Source of the DNA: Clostridia bacterium
Lineage (GTDB): Bacteria > Bacillota > Clostridia > Oscillospirales > CAG-382
Direction: 5' to 3'
Assembly: GCA_017434845.1 (NCBI GenBank)
Contig: JAFSGD010000020.1
Location: 14,960 to 78,959, forward strand
Length of the DNA stretch: 64,000 nt
The notes under the pieces were generated by a model. It saw nothing but the letters and a program-made list of their open reading frames with translations. It was not told where the DNA came from and ran no database searches. The position numbers were made by a program, and so were the translations under genes. This document shows, piece after piece, positions 20,111-30,013 of the stretch (the stretch's first letter is position 1; each line of letters starts with the position of its first letter).

Positions 20111-21078
20111 TAAGCCCAGAACATTCCTTTGGGAGCAGGCTCTTTCATGATGCATTGCTTGAGGAAAGCAACTGCCTTTTCAAGACCTTCTTTGGATGTC
20201 ATAAGGCTGTCTTCGTGCTCGATAGAGAGAATATCATCATAACCGACGAGACGAAGATTGCTTATCATATCACGCCAATATTGCATATCGTTGCCGTAAC
20301 CGACCGCACGGAAGATCCAAGAACGGTTGATCTCATCGCTGTAATGCTTGGTATCAAGCACGCCGTTAACAGCAGTGTTAAGCTGATCGATCTTGGTATC
20401 CTTCGCATGGAAATGATATATCGCATTGCCGAGCTTGCGAATAGCCGCAACAGGGTCAATTCCCTGCCAAATAAGATGCGAGGGATCGAAGTTTGCTCCG
20501 ATTATATCGCCGACAGCTTCGCGAAGCTTTAGAAGAGTTTCGGGGTTGTAAACGCAGAAGCCGGGGTGCATTTCGAAGCAGATCTTCTCGATGCCGTGCT
20601 CAGCGCAGAACTTAGCCTCTTCTTTCCAATAAGGAATTAAAACCTCGTTCCACTGATAATCAAGAACGGCAAGATAATCCTCGGGCCAAGGGCAGGTTAC
20701 CCAGTTGGGATACTTGGAATTTTCGCAATCGCCGGGGCAACCCGAAAAACCGATAATCTTTTTTATGCCGAGCTTTTCAGCCAATAAAACCGCATTGCGC
20801 CAATCGGAACGGTATTTTTCGGCGATCGCCTTATCGGGATGAACGGGGTTTCCGTGGCAACCGAAAGCATTTATCTTAAGATCATATTTTTCGAAGGTCG
20901 CCTTGAACTCGGCAAGCTTTGCTTCATCGGCAAGCAAAACAGCAGGGTCGCAATGCGCTTTTCCGGGATATCCGCCCGCGCCAACCTCAAGCTCTTCGAT
21001 GCCGATCGATTTAAGATATGCAAGAGTTTCATCCAAAGGCTTGTCGCCGAATAAAACGGTTATTACACCTAACGTCAT
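20110..21078 (-). CDS. sugar phosphate isomerase/epimerase (xylose isomerase-like TIM barrel)
   Basis: 322 aa. TIM-barrel AP-endonuclease-2 / xylose-isomerase-like pattern, including ..SIEHED... Confidence 0.8.
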   Translation of the reverse strand: MTLGVITVLFGDKPLDETLAYLKSIGIEELEVGAGGYPGKAHCDPAVLLADEAKLAEFKATFEKYDLKINAFGCHGNPVHPDKAIAEKYRSDWRNAVLLAEKLGIKKIIGFSGCPGDCENSKYPNWVTCPWPEDYLAVLDYQWNEVLIPYWKEEAKFCAEHGIEKICFEMHPGFCVYNPETLLKLREAVGDIIGANFDPSHLIWQGIDPVAAIRKLGNAIYHFHAKDTKIDQLNTAVNGVLDTKHYSDEINRSWIFRAVGYGNDMQYWRDMISNLRLVGYDDILSIEHEDSLMTSKEGLEKAVAFLKQCIMKEPAPKGMFWA

Positions 21079-21092
21079 GATATAAACCTCGT

Positions 21093-22181
21093 TTATTTAT
21101 TGAAATAATAGGGTTCGCCGGTCTTAGCAGAGGTATAGATGCCCTCGAGGATGCAGCTAACAGCATAAGCCTGCTCGGGAGTAACGAAAGGCTCTTTGTC
21201 CTCGCGTACAGCTTCGATCCAAAGCCTTGCTTCGCGGCAAGCGGGAGTTTCATCGCCGGAACCGTCATAGAAATCAACGCCGCCTGCGCCGAGGCCGGGC
21301 TTAAGAACATAGGGTCTGCCGTTGCGGATGCCGTTTATGCGAACGCCGTCAAGCATATCTGCACCGCCATCAGTACCGCAAAGAGTTGTTATAGCTTCTC
21401 TGGGGTCAAGCATATTAAGCGCCCAGCTCGATTCGAGAATAATGGTTGCACCGTTTTCCATAACGATAAAGCCGAAAGCCGAATCCTCAACCGTTAGTTC
21501 GCCGGGCTTCCAATCGCCCCAAGCGTTACCGGTCGGGAACTTATCGCCGAGCTTGTGATAGGTTGTTCCAACGCAATATTTGGGCTTATAGTTATTCATG
21601 CACCACATAGTGAGGTCAAGCGCATGGGTACCGATGTCGATAAGGGGACCACCGCCCTGCTCATATTCGTTCATGAAAACGCCCCATGTGGGAACAGCTC
21701 TTCTTCTGATAGCGGTTGCCTTTGCATAATAAATATCACCGAAGGTGCCGTTTTCAGCCTCTTCTTTAACGTAAAGCGAATCGACGCGATGGCGGTTCTG
21801 GTAACCAATAGTAAGCTTTTTGCCCGTGCGTTTTGCCGCATCAACCATCTTCTTCGCTTCTGCCGCATTAATAGCCATGGGCTTTTCGCACATAACGTGC
21901 TTGCCGGCTTCAAGAGCATCAACGGTTATAGTGCTGTGAGAACGGTTCGGAGTCAGAACGTGAACGATATCAACCGTTTTATCTTCGAGAATTTCGCGGT
22001 AATCGGTGCAAACCTTGGCATCGGATGTACCGTAGGTTTTTGCAGCGATTTGAGCTCTTTCTTCGATAATGTCGCAGAACCAAACCATTTCAACGTCGGG
22101 TTGAGCCTTAAGTGCGGGAAGGTGTTTTCCGTTTGCGATACCACCGCAGCCGATGATACCAATTCTGAGTTTTTCAGCCAT
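21093..22181 (-). CDS. Gfo/Idh/MocA family oxidoreductase
   Basis: 362 aa with an N-terminal Rossmann motif RIGIIGCGGIA and an EKP motif. Confidence 0.85.
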   Translation of the reverse strand: MAEKLRIGIIGCGGIANGKHLPALKAQPDVEMVWFCDIIEERAQIAAKTYGTSDAKVCTDYREILEDKTVDIVHVLTPNRSHSTITVDALEAGKHVMCEKPMAINAAEAKKMVDAAKRTGKKLTIGYQNRHRVDSLYVKEEAENGTFGDIYYAKATAIRRRAVPTWGVFMNEYEQGGGPLIDIGTHALDLTMWCMNNYKPKYCVGTTYHKLGDKFPTGNAWGDWKPGELTVEDSAFGFIVMENGATIILESSWALNMLDPREAITTLCGTDGGADMLDGVRINGIRNGRPYVLKPGLGAGGVDFYDGSGDETPACREARLWIEAVREDKEPFVTPEQAYAVSCILEGIYTSAKTGEPYYFNK

Positions 22182-22213
22182 TTTTTCTTCGCGCCTTTCG
22201 GCGCATCCTCCGT

Positions 22214-22570
22214 TTAGTCTCTGTAATATGTATAATATGCTAAAATTGTTCTTTCTTTTTGCTGTACCTTATCATAGCCGGTAAGCGTGGCACCGTCCAG
22301 GGACATAAATTCCCATGCATGGAGCTCATCCGCCTTGCATACGAACAGCGCTTTGCCCTCGCAAATAACCGAAAAGTCGCCTTCGTAAAGGCTTAATACA
22401 CCGCCCTTTCCTATAACAGTGTCAACGCAATCCTCACCACGCTCAAGAATATATTTAAGCGATCTGCCGTCAAGCTTCTGACACATAAATAAGCGAAATT
22501 CAGGACTGTCGGTATTCTTCGGGGGTTTGTTTTTCTTTTTAAAAAACATCGTTAATTTCCCTCGGGTCAA
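22214..22570 (-). CDS. hypothetical small protein
   Basis: 118-aa ORF that overlaps the upstream GT2 gene by 4 nt. No recognised family. Confidence 0.4.
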   Translation of the reverse strand: MTRGKLTMFFKKKNKPPKNTDSPEFRLFMCQKLDGRSLKYILERGEDCVDTVIGKGGVLSLYEGDFSVICEGKALFVCKADELHAWEFMSLDGATLTGYDKVQQKERTILAYYTYYRD

Positions 22571-23520
22571 TCGTTTTTCAAATCGTTTTCGGTTTCGGCA
22601 ACTATAAAGTCGGGTCTGCGCTTGGTTTCCATATAAGTTTTAGAAAGATATTGCCCGAGGATACCGATACACAAAAGCTGTAATCCGCCGACAAACAGAA
22701 TAACGCAAATCAACGAAGCCCAGCCCGTCACCGATGACTCAGGAACGACGATTTTTCTGATAATGATTGCCAGCGAGCCGAGAATGGAAAGAAGAAACAG
22801 ACCTATTCCCGCATATGAGCTGACTGAAAGCGGAACCGTTGAAAATGCAACGATGCAATCGATAGAATACTTGAACAATCCCCAGAACGACCACTTTGTT
22901 TTGCCTGCAACGCGCTTTATGTTGGGATAGGATATCCATTCGGTTTTAAAGCCCACCCAAGCGAAAATGCCCTTTGAAAAGCGGTTATATTCGCACATCG
23001 AAAGCACGGCATCGACCATTCGGCGCGACATCAATCGATAATCGCGTGCACCCGAAACGAATTTAACGTTTGAGATCTTATTGATTATACCGTAGAAGCA
23101 TCTTGCAAACAGGCTTCTTATGGGAGGCTCGCCCTTGCGGTTTCCGCGGCGGGTTGCAACAGAATCGCACTTTTTCTCGTTAAGAAGCTTCATCATTTCG
23201 GGAAGAAGCGAGGGCGGATCCTGAAGATCGGCATCCATTATAACCGCATAATCGCCTTTAGCGCTTTTTAAGCCGGCTAGCATTGCCGATTCTTTACCGA
23301 AGTTTCTTGAAAAAGAAACGTATCTTGTTTGCGGATCCTTCGATGCACGCTCACGAACAACCTCAAGCGTTGAATCGGCAGAGCCGTCGTCAACATATAT
23401 AGCTTCGAAGGCATATTCGGGCATGGAAGCGATAACCTTATCTATCTCTTCAAAAAAATAAGGAAGAGCCGAAGCTTCATTATAACAAGGAACGATAACG
23501 CTTATAAGTTTTTTTGCCAT
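22567..23520 (-). CDS. family 2 glycosyltransferase (polyprenyl-phosphate glycosyltransferase, GtrB/ArnC-like)
   Basis: 317 aa with ISVIVPCYNE and DAD..DPP motifs and two C-terminal TM segments. Confidence 0.85.
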   Translation of the reverse strand: MAKKLISVIVPCYNEASALPYFFEEIDKVIASMPEYAFEAIYVDDGSADSTLEVVRERASKDPQTRYVSFSRNFGKESAMLAGLKSAKGDYAVIMDADLQDPPSLLPEMMKLLNEKKCDSVATRRGNRKGEPPIRSLFARCFYGIINKISNVKFVSGARDYRLMSRRMVDAVLSMCEYNRFSKGIFAWVGFKTEWISYPNIKRVAGKTKWSFWGLFKYSIDCIVAFSTVPLSVSSYAGIGLFLLSILGSLAIIIRKIVVPESSVTGWASLICVILFVGGLQLLCIGILGQYLSKTYMETKRRPDFIVAETENDLKND

Positions 23521-23651
23521 TATTTTCCCCTAACTCTATGTTTTCTTTGTACTTTTATTTTAACATATTACAAATTCAAAGTCAATAATGACTAAAACAA
23601 TTTACCCGATTGAAAGCAAATTTAAAGTAAAAATATTTTAACTATTTATCA

Positions 23652-23680
23652 TTGACAATAAACCGCCGTTATGTTAAAAT
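23652..23680 (+). promoter_or_regulatory. sigma-70 type promoter for murQ
   Basis: TTGACA (23652-23657), 17-nt spacer, TAAAAT (23675-23680). Confidence 0.55.
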
Positions 23681-23716
23681 CCTCGCAAAGAAAAAACTGT
23701 TTCGGAGGATAAATAA

Positions 23717-24547
23717 ATGTCTGATTACGCCAAGCTGACAACCGAAAGCTATAATTCAAAAACCGCCAACATAGACAAGATGAGTTCGTTGGAGATCGCA
23801 AGGATTATAAACGAGGAAGACAAAACCGTTGCTTATGCAGTTGAAAAGGCTTTACCCGAAATCGCCAAAGGCATTGATGCTCTTTCTGATTCCTTGAAAA
23901 CGGGCGGACATATTTATTATTGCGGTGCGGGAACCTCGGGCAGACTCGGCGTTTTGGATGCATCCGAATGCCCTCCGACCTACGGCGTGAGCGCCGATAC
24001 CGTGGTCGGCCTTATGGCTGGCGGATATGAGGCTCTGCACGCATCACTAGAATATGCCGAAGACGATTTTGACAGCATTGTTTCAGTAATGCGCGAAAAG
24101 CATTTCGACGCAAAGGATGCGCTCGTTGCAATAAGCGCAAGCGGCAGTGCAAACTGCGTTAAGGGTGCGATCAAATATGCAAGCGAATGCGGTGCCACTA
24201 CAATCTGCATTTCCTGCAACCCCAACAGCGATCTTGTTCCCATGGTTGATATTCCCATCGTTGCCGAAGTCGGTCCCGAGGTTATCACAGGGTCGACGAG
24301 AATGAAGGCGGGAACGGCGCAGAAAATGATTTTAAATATGCTTTCAACCGGCGCGATGGTGAAATTCGGCAGAGTCAGAGGAAACTTTATGGCTTATATG
24401 GTGCCCTCTAACAAAAAGCTCGTTGACCGCGCAATCAGAATGATATGCGATAAAACCGGTTGCGACAGAGAACGCGCCGCGTTTGAGCTCGTTAAAGCCG
24501 ACAACTGCATTGCAGATGCGATCGATTCGATAGAAGGAAATAAATAA
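23717..24547 (+). CDS. murQ: N-acetylmuramic acid 6-phosphate etherase
   Basis: 276 aa with a SIS domain. GAGTSGRLGVLDASECPPTYG and GSTRMKAGTAQK closely match MurQ. Confidence 0.9.
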   Translation: MSDYAKLTTESYNSKTANIDKMSSLEIARIINEEDKTVAYAVEKALPEIAKGIDALSDSLKTGGHIYYCGAGTSGRLGVLDASECPPTYGVSADTVVGLMAGGYEALHASLEYAEDDFDSIVSVMREKHFDAKDALVAISASGSANCVKGAIKYASECGATTICISCNPNSDLVPMVDIPIVAEVGPEVITGSTRMKAGTAQKMILNMLSTGAMVKFGRVRGNFMAYMVPSNKKLVDRAIRMICDKTGCDRERAAFELVKADNCIADAIDSIEGNK

Positions 24548-24551
24548 TTTA

Positions 24552-24588
24552 AAGGCGTGTTACCTGATCGGCAACACGCCTTCTTTTT
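24552..24588. terminator. intrinsic terminator after murQ
   Basis: AAGGCGTGTT (24552-24561) pairs with AACACGCCTT (24573-24582), followed by CTTTTTAT. Confidence 0.65.
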
Positions 24589-25021
24589 ATATGTCTTTTT
24601 TGAAATTGAATTGCGTTTTCGACTTAATGAATCCAACGCCTTGGTAAAAGCAGTGCGCTTCTTTTCGGTGCTCGCCCGAAACGAGCCTTATTCCTTTGGC
24701 GTCGTTTTCTTTCGCCCATGCTTCAACCTTTGAAATAAGCGCCTTTCCTATTCCCTGCTTTCGACACCCGGACGAAACCGCTATGCCCATTATATTAACC
24801 CTTTTGGGCGAATATATAAGCTCATAGATATTTGCGTGAACATATCCCGCTACCTTACCGCCTGCTATCGCCACGAATACCTTATCGCTTTCCTTTTGCA
24901 GAATAACCGAAAGGTTTTTAACGGTTTCGTTCGTCGAAAATGAATATCCGAGATCATTTCGGTTTATTTCGCAAATATCAAAAGCGTCATCAATACGGCA
25001 TTCTCTTATATCAAATGTCAT
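24587..25021 (-). CDS. GNAT family N-acetyltransferase
   Basis: 144 aa with an acetyl-CoA binding motif, RKQGIGKALI. Confidence 0.8.
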   Translation of the reverse strand: MTFDIRECRIDDAFDICEINRNDLGYSFSTNETVKNLSVILQKESDKVFVAIAGGKVAGYVHANIYELIYSPKRVNIMGIAVSSGCRKQGIGKALISKVEAWAKENDAKGIRLVSGEHRKEAHCFYQGVGFIKSKTQFNFKKDI

Positions 25022-27585
25022 TATTCGGAATCTTCCTGTTCATCTTCATTATCGCCGAGGTTATTCTCGCTTGCGATTCGTCTGCGTCTTCTGTTAAGAA
25101 GTATATAAGCAGGCCAGCCGACAAGCCCGATAGTCATAACCGTCATAAAAATAACCTGAAAAATCTTGTTGAACCAAGATACTTCCTTTTTCTCGATATC
25201 ATCGGTATTATCATCAGATATATTTTCCGATGTTTCATCATCGTTATTTTCATTATTGTTGCTACCGTATTTAGCTTTCTCGGCATCTTTGGAATTCAAA
25301 ATTGCTTTTTGAATCGGTTTTATCGCGCCGTTTAAATACTCTGCCGCAAGCTTGCAGGGATCGCAATCCTTTTGATTCAACTCGCTTGCAAGTGCCGATA
25401 TTTTATTTAAAGCCTCTTCGATTTTGATTTTTGCCGTGTCGATGTCGGTTGCGTCAAGGTCGTTCCTAACACCTTCAATGTCCGAAGCCAGCTTTTTGAA
25501 TTGCTCGGTAAACGCTTTGATCTCAGCGGTTGCATCGGATGACAATATGCGTTCGTTTACAGTTTCGATAATATGCGCGAATTGAGCCGATACCGCCATT
25601 TTTGCACTAAAGGTCGGATTAACCGCTTTTTCTTTAAAAACACTTGTTTCTATATATCCGCGGTAATCGCCTGCTATATACTGACTATAAGAGAAAAATG
25701 CAGTTCCGTCCGCACCGTTTGCAAACGATTCGGTTATCTGCTCTCTGTAGATCTCGGCACCGTTATCGCGCAAGCCCATAACGGTATAGATCTCATCACC
25801 CGCAAGCTCGGTTGTTATTCCCGTCCACTTTTTAACGGCATCGGTAGTTCCGTATGCCATGGGATAAATAACGTCTACAAGATTTTCCTTAAGCCAGGTT
25901 TCGGTATCCTGGCACATTTTTGTTTTGCTCGATGCATAATCGGGCGCAACATCGCACGAGAACACAACGTCGGGGCGTATTTCCTTTATCAGCTCACCGA
26001 CCGATTTGACAAGATCGGTAACGAACGATGCTCTGAACTCACACCATTCTTTCCAGCCGCTCTGCGATGAAGAAGTGGGTGCCGTTTCAAAGCCGTATTT
26101 CTCTTTAAACTTTTGCTTGGTATATTCATCATAGCCGAAGTTCACAGATGAATTTTCGGGATAGCGCACATAGTCGAGCTGAAATCCGTCGATAGCATAG
26201 TTTTCGAGAAGATACTTATATGTTTCAAGTAAGAACTCTTTAACCTCAGGCAAAGCGGGATTTAAGAAATATGCGTTTCCGTATTCGTTATAAACCGTCT
26301 CTTTGCCGTTTTGGTCAAGGTTAAGCCATTCGGGCTTTTTAACGCCAACAGAATGCTGTGTGTTTGCCGAGCCGGTATAGCCGACTCTATAGCAGGTCAT
26401 CCAAAGATGAACCTCAATTCCGTATTCGTGGAATTCATCGATATACGCCTTTAGCATATCTTCGCCGCCGAATGCGGGATTTTGAACAAAAAGGCTATCC
26501 TCGGGCATAGGCATGATCGTTGTTGAATCAAAGATCGCCTCTATGCAAACAGAATTGAACCCGAGGTCGTAAATATCCTTAACTACCTTTTTAACCGAGG
26601 CTTCGCTTTTGTTTGCGGGTATACGAAGCCATATTGTTCTTGCTTCAACGGGATTATAAGGGATAACTGCAGAAGCAAAGCGTTCTCTTTCAACCTCAAA
26701 CGAATGTATTTTCGCAATAAATGCAGGAATATCGTTTTTAGAAAGCACTTCTTGCATATCATCGCATATACCGAGCATCGCATTTAACGAAGCCGAGGCA
26801 GTTTCGCCGTCTATATCAAGATAACGCGCTTTCTTATATGCGAATTCAAGAGTCATCTCTTCATACTGCATACGGTATCCCGCAACGGCATACTGCGCCT
26901 CGTTCGAAATCGTAACCGTTTTGGCGGTTTCATCAAGCAAAACCTTCATTCCGAGTGCACTTGCATCGATAAGAGGTTGCTTTTTGGTGCCGATAGCCGA
27001 AACAACGAACCCATTTTCGGGAATTGCATTGTTGTTGCCGCCGACAGATACTATATAGCCATCACTGTTAACGGCGATCTCATATCCCCACGTGTTCGTT
27101 TCGGAGGTTGCTTTCCCGCGATATATGATCAGCGTGTTCTCTTTGCGCAGTGTGTTAATTCCGTCATATTGCAAAACCGTCGAGCCAAAGGGATCATATC
27201 CTTCGGAAACAATGGTTATTGCCTTTCTCTCGGCATCGTAAAATGCTCTGTCACCGACCGTAACCTTTGAAAACGGTTGATCTACAACCGCGCCCGCGCT
27301 TATAACAAAGCCATTTTCGGGTATAGAATTACCACCCTTTGATTCAACTGCAGTAACGAATCCCTTATCATCAACTAAGATTTCCGTGCCTTTTCCCGAG
27401 CTGTTGGTATTATCGCCGAAATCCGACGTGAACACCGAAACGGTCGAAACGGTTCTCGGTTCGTTTACGTTATCCGCAACGTACTTTATGCACACTGAAG
27501 ATTCATCGGATGCACTAACGCAAAGCGGTGTTATACAGCCAAAGCAAAGCAGCAATATCAAAACCAACGACATTGTTCTCTTCAT
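25021..27585 (-). CDS. glycoside hydrolase-like family 10 (GHL10/YngK-like) surface protein with a C-terminal TM anchor
   Basis: ORF trimmed to MKRTMSLVLILL (ATG 27585, AGGAG upstream). It has a signal peptide and two similar N-terminal repeats (..IPENGFV.SA..). The TIM-barrel region contains DGFQLDYVRYP. It ends in an acidic tail plus a TM segment. Confidence 0.7.
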   Translation of the reverse strand: MKRTMSLVLILLLCFGCITPLCVSASDESSVCIKYVADNVNEPRTVSTVSVFTSDFGDNTNSSGKGTEILVDDKGFVTAVESKGGNSIPENGFVISAGAVVDQPFSKVTVGDRAFYDAERKAITIVSEGYDPFGSTVLQYDGINTLRKENTLIIYRGKATSETNTWGYEIAVNSDGYIVSVGGNNNAIPENGFVVSAIGTKKQPLIDASALGMKVLLDETAKTVTISNEAQYAVAGYRMQYEEMTLEFAYKKARYLDIDGETASASLNAMLGICDDMQEVLSKNDIPAFIAKIHSFEVERERFASAVIPYNPVEARTIWLRIPANKSEASVKKVVKDIYDLGFNSVCIEAIFDSTTIMPMPEDSLFVQNPAFGGEDMLKAYIDEFHEYGIEVHLWMTCYRVGYTGSANTQHSVGVKKPEWLNLDQNGKETVYNEYGNAYFLNPALPEVKEFLLETYKYLLENYAIDGFQLDYVRYPENSSVNFGYDEYTKQKFKEKYGFETAPTSSSQSGWKEWCEFRASFVTDLVKSVGELIKEIRPDVVFSCDVAPDYASSKTKMCQDTETWLKENLVDVIYPMAYGTTDAVKKWTGITTELAGDEIYTVMGLRDNGAEIYREQITESFANGADGTAFFSYSQYIAGDYRGYIETSVFKEKAVNPTFSAKMAVSAQFAHIIETVNERILSSDATAEIKAFTEQFKKLASDIEGVRNDLDATDIDTAKIKIEEALNKISALASELNQKDCDPCKLAAEYLNGAIKPIQKAILNSKDAEKAKYGSNNNENNDDETSENISDDNTDDIEKKEVSWFNKIFQVIFMTVMTIGLVGWPAYILLNRRRRRIASENNLGDNEDEQEDSE

Positions 27586-27604
27586 ATCTATTCTCCTATA
27601 TTTC

Positions 27605-29011
27605 CTAATCGTTTTTTTCCGTAACGATAAACTCATCGGAAATTTCTGCGTTTATCAGCAGACGTCTTAAACGTGCAAGCTGCTTATCGCCGCTGCTTCC
27701 CGTATTGATATACGTTCTGTTTCCCGTCTGCATCATGGGATAATAAGTGTTTTCGATATTGCCATCGGGCGAAATACGCATTCTTAGCATTCCACAGGTT
27801 AAAGAGAAATTCGAAAAAGTGAAATTTCCCAAGCTGTAAACAAGCAATTTTCCGTTATAATACTCCATGCCCTGCATGCAATGAGAATGCATTCCGACAA
27901 CGATATCCGCCCCAGCATCGATAAACGCCTTACCGTGAACGGTTTGCATATCGGTTAAAACGGTTGTGCTTTCCTTGCCCCAATGCATATATACGATAAC
28001 GTAATCAGCTTTTTCTTTAGCTTTTGCAATCTCTTCCGCCATAGGCTCGGGTGTTTTAAACTGAAAAACACCGCTAACCTCATCGGTGGCACAGCGCGTT
28101 GTTTTGAAATCAACCGAGCTTCCCGCGATTACGGCATATTTAAAACCATTCACAATATAGTAAAAGGGCGCTCTTGCGTCGTTTATGTTCTCGCCTGCGC
28201 CGACGTGGGCAATTCCTGCCGAATCAAGCGTTGACAGCGTATCCGTAAGCGAATCCGGGCCGTAATCAAAGGCATGATTGTTCGCCATGCCGACTATATC
28301 AACACCCATTTCGTGATAAACGTTTACGTTTTCGGGATCACCTCTAAATGTAAAGCGCTTTCCGGGAATAGGCTCTCCGCGATTTGTGAACGTAAATTCG
28401 TTATTTGCCATCGCAACGTTCGCCGAGCGCATTATTTCCAAAACCTCTTGAGAAACGATACCCTCAACACCCTTTTTGCGGTTTTTATAGCTGCGCATAA
28501 CGCTGGAGCTGTTCGCAAAGCTGCAATCGCCGACAAATACAAATTCGGTAATTCCGTCTTCATCGTTTTCCAAAACGACGGTTCGTTCAAGGTCGTTTTC
28601 AACTATTGAAATAAACGCTTTTTCGCTGTATCCGAATGTACTTTTGATAACGCTTTCGTGCGATTCTTCAATATTTTTTGCCAACAGCTCTATCTTCTCT
28701 TCGCCGAACGCAGCCGTGATCTTATCCAAAAACTCTTCATTCATACGCTCGCTTAAATCCTCGCCGAGCTTTTCGCTGTTTGCGAGAACATATGCCGAAG
28801 CAACCTCATAAGGATCAATGCTTTCGGGTTTTTTCACCTCTTCGGGAAGCGATTGCTCAATGCTTTCCTCTTGAGAAGCCTCGGAAGAATCTTCTTCGGT
28901 TATAAGGCTGCCCTCTTGAATCACGTTGTTTGTGCAAGAAACAAGCGTTGTCAGCATTAACAATAACGACAGAAATATACACGAAAGCCGTTTAATCTTC
29001 ATAAATCTCAT
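27605..29011 (-). CDS. CapA-family (PGA_cap) metallophosphoesterase-like lipoprotein
   Basis: 468 aa with a lipobox LVSC and a MANNHAFDYG motif typical of CapA/PgsA-like proteins. Confidence 0.8.
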   Translation of the reverse strand: MRFMKIKRLSCIFLSLLLMLTTLVSCTNNVIQEGSLITEEDSSEASQEESIEQSLPEEVKKPESIDPYEVASAYVLANSEKLGEDLSERMNEEFLDKITAAFGEEKIELLAKNIEESHESVIKSTFGYSEKAFISIVENDLERTVVLENDEDGITEFVFVGDCSFANSSSVMRSYKNRKKGVEGIVSQEVLEIMRSANVAMANNEFTFTNRGEPIPGKRFTFRGDPENVNVYHEMGVDIVGMANNHAFDYGPDSLTDTLSTLDSAGIAHVGAGENINDARAPFYYIVNGFKYAVIAGSSVDFKTTRCATDEVSGVFQFKTPEPMAEEIAKAKEKADYVIVYMHWGKESTTVLTDMQTVHGKAFIDAGADIVVGMHSHCMQGMEYYNGKLLVYSLGNFTFSNFSLTCGMLRMRISPDGNIENTYYPMMQTGNRTYINTGSSGDKQLARLRRLLINAEISDEFIVTEKND

Positions 29012-29013
29012 TT

Positions 29014-29838
29014 TTACTGTTCCTTTTTGATGTGAACATCAACCTGAGGATAAGGAATATTAATACCCTCTTCTTTAAATCTGCTGTTTATTCTGTCGAG
29101 TAAATAGAATCTAACGTCCCAATATTTGCTGTTTTCACACCAAACGCGAAGCGAATAGCTTATTGCACTTTCGGAATAATCAAGAACTATCGCCATGGGA
29201 GCAGGATCGGAGAGCACCATATCGCAGTCCTTGGCAATATCAAGCATTAAAGCTTTTACCTTTGCTATATCGCATTCGTATCCCGCACTTACGTTAACGT
29301 CAACGCGGCGCTGACTTTCGGTTGAATAATTTGTAACGATAGAATTTGTCAACGAGCCGTTGGGTAAGGTTATAACCTTGTTGTCGGGCGTTACCAAAAC
29401 GGTATAAATTACCGTTACGGCGCGTACGGTTCCGCCAACACCCTCGGCTTCAACGTAATCACCGACCGAAAACGGCTTGAACAAAAGGATCATCAAACCG
29501 CCAACAAAATTAGAAAGTGCTCCCTGAACCGCCAAGCCGACAGCCACGCCCGCAGAAGCAACGAGTGCAACCACAGAGCTCATCGGAACACCGAGAATTG
29601 CGACTACCGATACGATAATAACGGTTTTTAATGCAATTGATAAAAAGCTTGCGATAAAGCCCGCAGCAGAAGGGTCGATCTTAGAAAAGCATTTTCCGCT
29701 TCCCTTTTTCATCTTTTTGACGATAATATTAACGATTTTAAATCCTACGGCAAAAACAATAATTGCCGCAACAAGACGAAAACCTATGTTTGTGCCGTGA
29801 ACCTTAAGCTGTTCAATAATCCATTCCATATAAATCAA
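29014..29838 (-). CDS. mscS: small-conductance mechanosensitive channel (MscS family)
   Basis: 274 aa with 3 TM segments and a conserved ..FKPFSVGDYVE..G..G.V beta domain. Confidence 0.85.
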   Translation of the reverse strand: MIYMEWIIEQLKVHGTNIGFRLVAAIIVFAVGFKIVNIIVKKMKKGSGKCFSKIDPSAAGFIASFLSIALKTVIIVSVVAILGVPMSSVVALVASAGVAVGLAVQGALSNFVGGLMILLFKPFSVGDYVEAEGVGGTVRAVTVIYTVLVTPDNKVITLPNGSLTNSIVTNYSTESQRRVDVNVSAGYECDIAKVKALMLDIAKDCDMVLSDPAPMAIVLDYSESAISYSLRVWCENSKYWDVRFYLLDRINSRFKEEGINIPYPQVDVHIKKEQ

Positions 29839-30013
29839 CTCCGATTTGTTTTTTTTATTTTAAAACATATTTCAAGCATTGTCAACAAAGAAGCAAATAA
29901 AACGTATATATCTACTAAAATTATATATTACCACACAGGAAAATAGCCTCTTTATATTGACTTTTTTTCTTAATTTGGTATACTTATTATAATTAAGTAT
30001 ATGGGGCTTTAAA

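Noticed and set aside
29839-30013. I considered whether the AT-rich divergent gap before parA is oriC.
   Set aside because: There is no cluster of TTATCCACA-like boxes, no dnaA or dnaN nearby, and gene orientation flips again 7.6 kb later.
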